DNA of 32,000 nt, taken from the NCBI RefSeq assembly GCF_001457595.1, contig NZ_LN831039.1, positions 3,840,001 through 3,872,000 of the forward strand, given 5' to 3'. The position numbers and the translations under genes were made by a program. This document shows, in pieces, positions 28,530 to 32,000 of this stretch (its first letter is position 1; each line of letters starts with the position of its first letter). A model generated the notes under the pieces. It saw only the letters and a program-made list of their open reading frames with translations, did not search any database and had not been told where the DNA came from. The DNA comes from Mycolicibacterium smegmatis (lineage in GTDB: Bacteria; Actinomycetota; Actinomycetes; Mycobacteriales; Mycobacteriaceae).

Positions 28530-30215
28530 TCAGTCGGGCAGTGTGAAGGCGATCAACGCGCTGCCGTGGCCCGCGCCGAGCATCCCGGGGAGGATGCCCT
28601 CGAGCCAGCCGCCCCAGCCGACCGGTACGACGACGTACTGCTTGCCGTCGACACTGTAGGTCGAACAACTTCCGTGATGCCCACTGCCACAGTTGAATTC
28701 CCACAACTTCTCGCCGGTGTTGGCATCCAGTGCGGCGAACTCGCCGGTCGGGGTGCCTGCGAACACCAGGTCTCCCGCGGTGGCGAGAACCGATGCGGCC
28801 ATCGGGTAGTCGAGACGCCAGCGCCACTTCTCCTCACCGTGGGAGTCGAACGCGCTCACCGAGCCCGCCATGTCGTCGATGTCCACCTGAACGGCAGCAC
28901 CCCAGTACGGGATACCCTCCCGGAACTCGCGTCGACGGCGGGTGGCCGTGGCGCCCACGTCGGCGACGGGAACGTAGAACATGTCCGTCTTCGGGCTGTA
29001 CGCCGCGTGCGTCCATTCCTTCGCCCCGGCCGGTCCCGGGTAGAAGTGGACGGGCTCACCCTCCTTGTCGGGATACTTGCGCGGCGTCACCTTGCCGTCG
29101 CGGGTGATGACACCCCAGTCGATCCGATCCACGAACGGGGTGACGTGCTGCAGTTCCCCGTTGGTGCGGTCCAGCACGAAGAAGTAGCCGTTCTTGTCGA
29201 AGTGGCCGAGCAGCTTCTTGCCGTCCCGCTCGAAGAGCGTCATCTCCATCGTGGAGTCGTAGTCCCACAGGTCGTGCGGGGTGAACTGGTAGTGCCACTT
29301 GATTTCTCCGGTGTCGACGTCGAGCGCGACGACGGAGTCGGTGTAGAGGTTGTCGCCCTCGCGCACTGCACCGTCGAAGTCGGGCGCCGGGTTACCGGTG
29401 CCGGCGTAGTACAGGTTCAGCTCGGGGTCGTACGTCCCGGTCACCCAGTGGTTGGCACCACCACGCTGCCAGGCCTCGCCGTCGGCAGGCCAGGTCTCCG
29501 AGCCCGGCTCCCCCGGCTTGGGAACGGTGTAGGTGCGCCACAGGTGCTCGCCGGTCTTGAGGTCCCAGCAGTCGATGTGTCCACGCACGCCGAACTCGCC
29601 ACCGGCGCTGCCGGTGATCAGCGTGTTCTTGACCACCAGCGGAGCCAGGGAGGCGCTCTCACCGGCCCGTACGTCGCCGATCGTCTTCTCCCAGACCATC
29701 TCTCCGTTGCTGGCGTCCAGCGCGAGCAGGTGGGCGTTGGGTGTCACGAAGAAGACCTTGCCGTCGGCCACCGCGCAGCCACGGTTGACGTTCCCGCAGC
29801 ACAGCGACACGTCGAAGGGCACTGCGTGCTTGTAGCGCCAGAGCTGCTGGCCCGTTTTCGCGTCCAGCGCCCAGAACCAGCCGTCCCACCCGGTGACGTA
29901 CATGACGCCGTCCACGACCAGCGGGCACGCCTCGAACGCATAGGTCGACGCCCCCGCCATGTGCCCGGAGGCCCCTGCCTGGAACACCCACGCCGGACCG
30001 ATGCGCTTGACGTTCTCGGTGTTGATCTGGTCAAGGAGGCTGTACCGCTTGCCGTCATAGGCCCCGTAATAGGTGAGCCAGTTGTGCGACTCCGCCCGCG
30101 CATTGAGGAGGCGGTTGTAGTCGACATCGGTTGTCACCGCGGGCGCGGTTCCCGGAATGGGGCTCAGCGCCGACTGATTGATCGCTTCGCCGGCGTCGAC
30201 GTATTCAACGGTCAT
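28530..30215 (-). CDS. PQQ-dependent alcohol/methanol dehydrogenase, XoxF-like (D-x-D type), no signal peptide
   Basis: 561 aa eight-bladed propeller quinoprotein. Key features: vicinal Cys SLCCGNVNRG (C139-C140), GGEFGVRG (E207), GTGNPAP (N275) and PHDLWDYDS (D318, D320; codons 29262-29264 and 29256-29258). ATG 30215 is preceded by a strong SD (AGGAAGGG). The N-terminus MTVEYVDAGEAINQSALSPIPG is not hydrophobic. Confidence 0.9.
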   Translation of the reverse strand: MTVEYVDAGEAINQSALSPIPGTAPAVTTDVDYNRLLNARAESHNWLTYYGAYDGKRYSLLDQINTENVKRIGPAWVFQAGASGHMAGASTYAFEACPLVVDGVMYVTGWDGWFWALDAKTGQQLWRYKHAVPFDVSLCCGNVNRGCAVADGKVFFVTPNAHLLALDASNGEMVWEKTIGDVRAGESASLAPLVVKNTLITGSAGGEFGVRGHIDCWDLKTGEHLWRTYTVPKPGEPGSETWPADGEAWQRGGANHWVTGTYDPELNLYYAGTGNPAPDFDGAVREGDNLYTDSVVALDVDTGEIKWHYQFTPHDLWDYDSTMEMTLFERDGKKLLGHFDKNGYFFVLDRTNGELQHVTPFVDRIDWGVITRDGKVTPRKYPDKEGEPVHFYPGPAGAKEWTHAAYSPKTDMFYVPVADVGATATRRRREFREGIPYWGAAVQVDIDDMAGSVSAFDSHGEEKWRWRLDYPMAASVLATAGDLVFAGTPTGEFAALDANTGEKLWEFNCGSGHHGSCSTYSVDGKQYVVVPVGWGGWLEGILPGMLGAGHGSALIAFTLPD

Positions 30216-30228
30216 TCTTGTTCCCTTC

Positions 30229-30699
30229 CTAGGGTCGCGGCTGATCGGGACGGTCGAGACGGGCCTCCGGTGGCACTTCGCCGAGAACGACGATCGCGGC
30301 GGTCAGACCCCGGCCTTCGTCGTTGCCGCCCGGCGAGCTGTACCAGTAGTAACCCGGGCCGTCGAGGTGCAGGACCGCCTTGCCCTTCGAGTGGTTGAGG
30401 AGCCAGAGGAACTTCCTGTCCCCGTTGCTCGGGAACAGCGCCGCGTGTGTGTTCTTGTCGTCGTTGATGACCGTCAGCTCGATGAAACCGCCGTGCGGCA
30501 TCACCAGAATCGCCGGATCCCAGGCGATCTCGTCCTCTTTGATCCGGATCGTCGCCTCCATCGTGCCATCGGCCCGTTCGGTCGCGGTGGCGATGGAACC
30601 AGTGCCCAGGACCCGGCCGAGCGCTGCGTGATTCTGCTTGTCCAAGCCGAGTTCGCGCAGTAGGTCGGATCGCTGATCTGGCTGATCTGTGACCGTCAT
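30229..30699 (-). CDS. Cupredoxin-like protein lacking type-1 copper ligands (no Cys)
   Basis: 156 aa. The pattern ATIRIKEDEIAWDPAILVMPHGGFIELTVINDDKNTHAALF ... GKAVLHLDGPGYYWYSSPGGNDEGRGLTAAIVVLG aligns by eye with cupredoxin-domain proteins (...HNF... / ...YxFxCxxPGHxxxGM). Here the Cys, second His and Met positions read S, G/N and L. The protein contains no Cys at all. Confidence 0.55.
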   Translation of the reverse strand: MTVTDQPDQRSDLLRELGLDKQNHAALGRVLGTGSIATATERADGTMEATIRIKEDEIAWDPAILVMPHGGFIELTVINDDKNTHAALFPSNGDRKFLWLLNHSKGKAVLHLDGPGYYWYSSPGGNDEGRGLTAAIVVLGEVPPEARLDRPDQPRP

Positions 30700-30843
30700 A
30701 GGACCTCACCTTCTCGTCGGTGAAACTTCGTTGTTTGTCGAGTGAAAAGTGCGGCGGACCGCATTCCCGTTCCATTCCGTTGATTTCGGCGATCCGGAAC
30801 ACGAGTTGGATGAGCGTTCAGAGTCGCGGACGCCGCTTGGCCG

Positions 30844-30870
30844 GTTACATCTCGCTGTGCGAGATGTAAC
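30844..30870. promoter_or_regulatory. Perfect 12-3-12 palindrome between katG and the PQQ operon; operator or hairpin
   Basis: GTTACATCTCGC TGT GCGAGATGTAAC. It lies 145 nt upstream of the first operon ATG (30699) and about 245 nt downstream of the katG stop. Confidence 0.4.
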
Positions 30871-31114
30871 TACGAAGACGATAGGTCCGGTCAACCCTTC
30901 GGTACAGGTGAGACCGCAGGGCGGTCATAGTGTGCCGTTCGCATGCCGCCAGGCACCGTTCGCAGTGATTCCGATCACGCGGACGAGACCGGCGGCCCGT
31001 CGAAAGTACGCATCGGCGACAGGCAGGACCTTCCCGTTCGCTGTGAAAGTCACACGTACGCACCATCGTTGACCGCCGCGCGCGCGTGGCGGGCCCGGGG
31101 CGGCGATCGCCGAA

Positions 31115-32000
31115 TCAGGTTCGGTCGAACAGGTCCAGGTTCATCACCTTGTCCCACGCGGAGACGAAGTCACGGACGAACTTCTCCTCAGCGTCCGCGC
31201 TCGCGTACACCTCGGAGATTGCGCGTAGCACGGGGTCTGACGCGAAGGACAGGTCGACCCGGCTCGCGATCCACGTGACCTCGCCGGTGCGCCGGTCGCG
31301 ACCCTCGTATGCCGCCGTCCAGTCGGCGGTGTCCGCCCTCGGTGTCCACTCGATGTTCACGTCGAGCAGGTTGACGAAGAAGTCGTTGCTCAGCGCGCCC
31401 GGCGATGCGGTGAACACACCCAGCGGGGATCCGCCGTGGTTGGCGCCGAGCACACGCAAACCGCCGAGCAGTACCGTCATCTGCGGCGCAGTCAGGGTCA
31501 ACTGGCTCGCACGGTCGACGAGCAGATGCTCCGGAGGTGGTCGGTTGCCCTCGCCGACGTAGTTGCGGAATGCGTCCGCGGTGGGTTCGAGTGCGGAGAA
31601 CCACTCGATGTCGGTCCACTCCTGTGGTGCGTCCGTACGCCCCAGCCGGCAGGGGACCTCGATGGGGTGACCGGCTTCGGCGGCGGCATGTTCGACCGCC
31701 GCGCAGCCGCCGAGCATGATCAGATCGGCAGCGGAGATCTGTTTGCCCCCGCGATGGGAATCGTTGAACCGTCGGCGAATCCGCTCCAGTCGGTCCAGGA
31801 CGATCGCCAGCTTCTCCGGCTCGTTGACCGCCCAGCTCCGCTGCGGTTCGAGACGGATTCGCGCGCCGTTCGCGCCGCCGCGCTTGTCACTGTTCCGGAA
31901 CGTCGAAGCCGAGGCCCACGCCGTGGTGACGAGTTGCGATACCGACAGTCCCGAACCGAGGATCTCACGCTTGAGTGCGGCGACGTCGTCGGCGTCCGCG
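31115..32000 (-). CDS. katG: Catalase-peroxidase KatG, C-terminal part (5' end outside the window)
   Basis: The frame is open to the window edge: ...[54 protein letters not shown]...[16 protein letters not shown]...[21 protein letters not shown], the typical KatG C-terminal domain. Confidence 0.9.
   Translation of the reverse strand, partial: ADADDVAALKREILGSGLSVSQLVTTAWASASTFRNSDKRGGANGARIRLEPQRSWAVNEPEKLAIVLDRLERIRRRFNDSHRGGKQISAADLIMLGGCAAVEHAAAEAGHPIEVPCRLGRTDAPQEWTDIEWFSALEPTADAFRNYVGEGNRPPPEHLLVDRASQLTLTAPQMTVLLGGLRVLGANHGGSPLGVFTASPGALSNDFFVNLLDVNIEWTPRADTADWTAAYEGRDRRTGEVTWIASRVDLSFASDPVLRAISEVYASADAEEKFVRDFVSAWDKVMNLDLFDRT

Noticed and set aside
28434-30398. 654-aa plus-strand ORF opposite the PQQ dehydrogenase
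   Set aside because: This is a shadow frame. The minus strand encodes all the quinoprotein motifs.
30845-31066. 73-aa Cys-containing minus-strand ORF (MVRTCDFHSEREGPACRRC...HCERCLAACERH) between katG and the PQQ operon
   Set aside because: It is tempting as a zinc-finger or anti-sigma-like peptide. However, hand-counted GC3 is only about 62 percent against about 80 percent or more in the neighbouring genes. It is Arg-rich, has no SD, and its end runs through the palindrome. It is probably non-coding.
1-32000. CRISPR arrays, tRNA/rRNA genes, retron-like or other long structured non-coding loci
   Set aside because: The window is almost fully coding. The largest non-coding gaps are 373 and 415 bp. 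They contain only the palindromes reported above, with no regularly spaced repeats or cloverleaf-like sequences that I could recognise by eye.

Overview
High-GC actinobacterial chromosome segment with mycobacterial hallmarks: an MmpS/MmpL pair, KatG, a SigH-like ECF sigma factor and LAL-type LuxR regulators.

Left to right:
- The 3' end of an NRPS (A-PCP-reductase), followed by an mmpS-mmpL export pair.
- A frameshifted trypsin-like protease with no signal peptide, plus a small beta-sandwich partner.
- A long minus-strand array: SigH-like sigma, decayed LAL regulator, HD hydrolase, intact LAL regulator, monofunctional catalase and two SDRs.
- An IS481-family element next to a helical protein and an unusual MerR::beta-clamp-like fusion. 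This block abuts a 5'-truncated, frameshifted epoxide-hydrolase remnant and a frameshifted SDR.
- A DUF1232 membrane protein.
- The most interesting part, a tightly packed nine-gene minus-strand operon. It encodes a Cys-free cupredoxin-like protein and a XoxF-type (W-D-Y-D) PQQ dehydrogenase without a signal peptide. These are followed by pqqA (absent from the ORF track) and pqqBCDE, then a 68-aa Cys/His-rich miniprotein whose start overlaps the pqqE stop. A CaCA-family cation antiporter ends the operon.
- The 3' part of katG.

At least four genes carry frameshifts or truncations. This is either real gene decay around the IS or assembly indels. I recognised no rRNA, tRNA or CRISPR array. All calls come from reading motifs by eye; no database search was possible.
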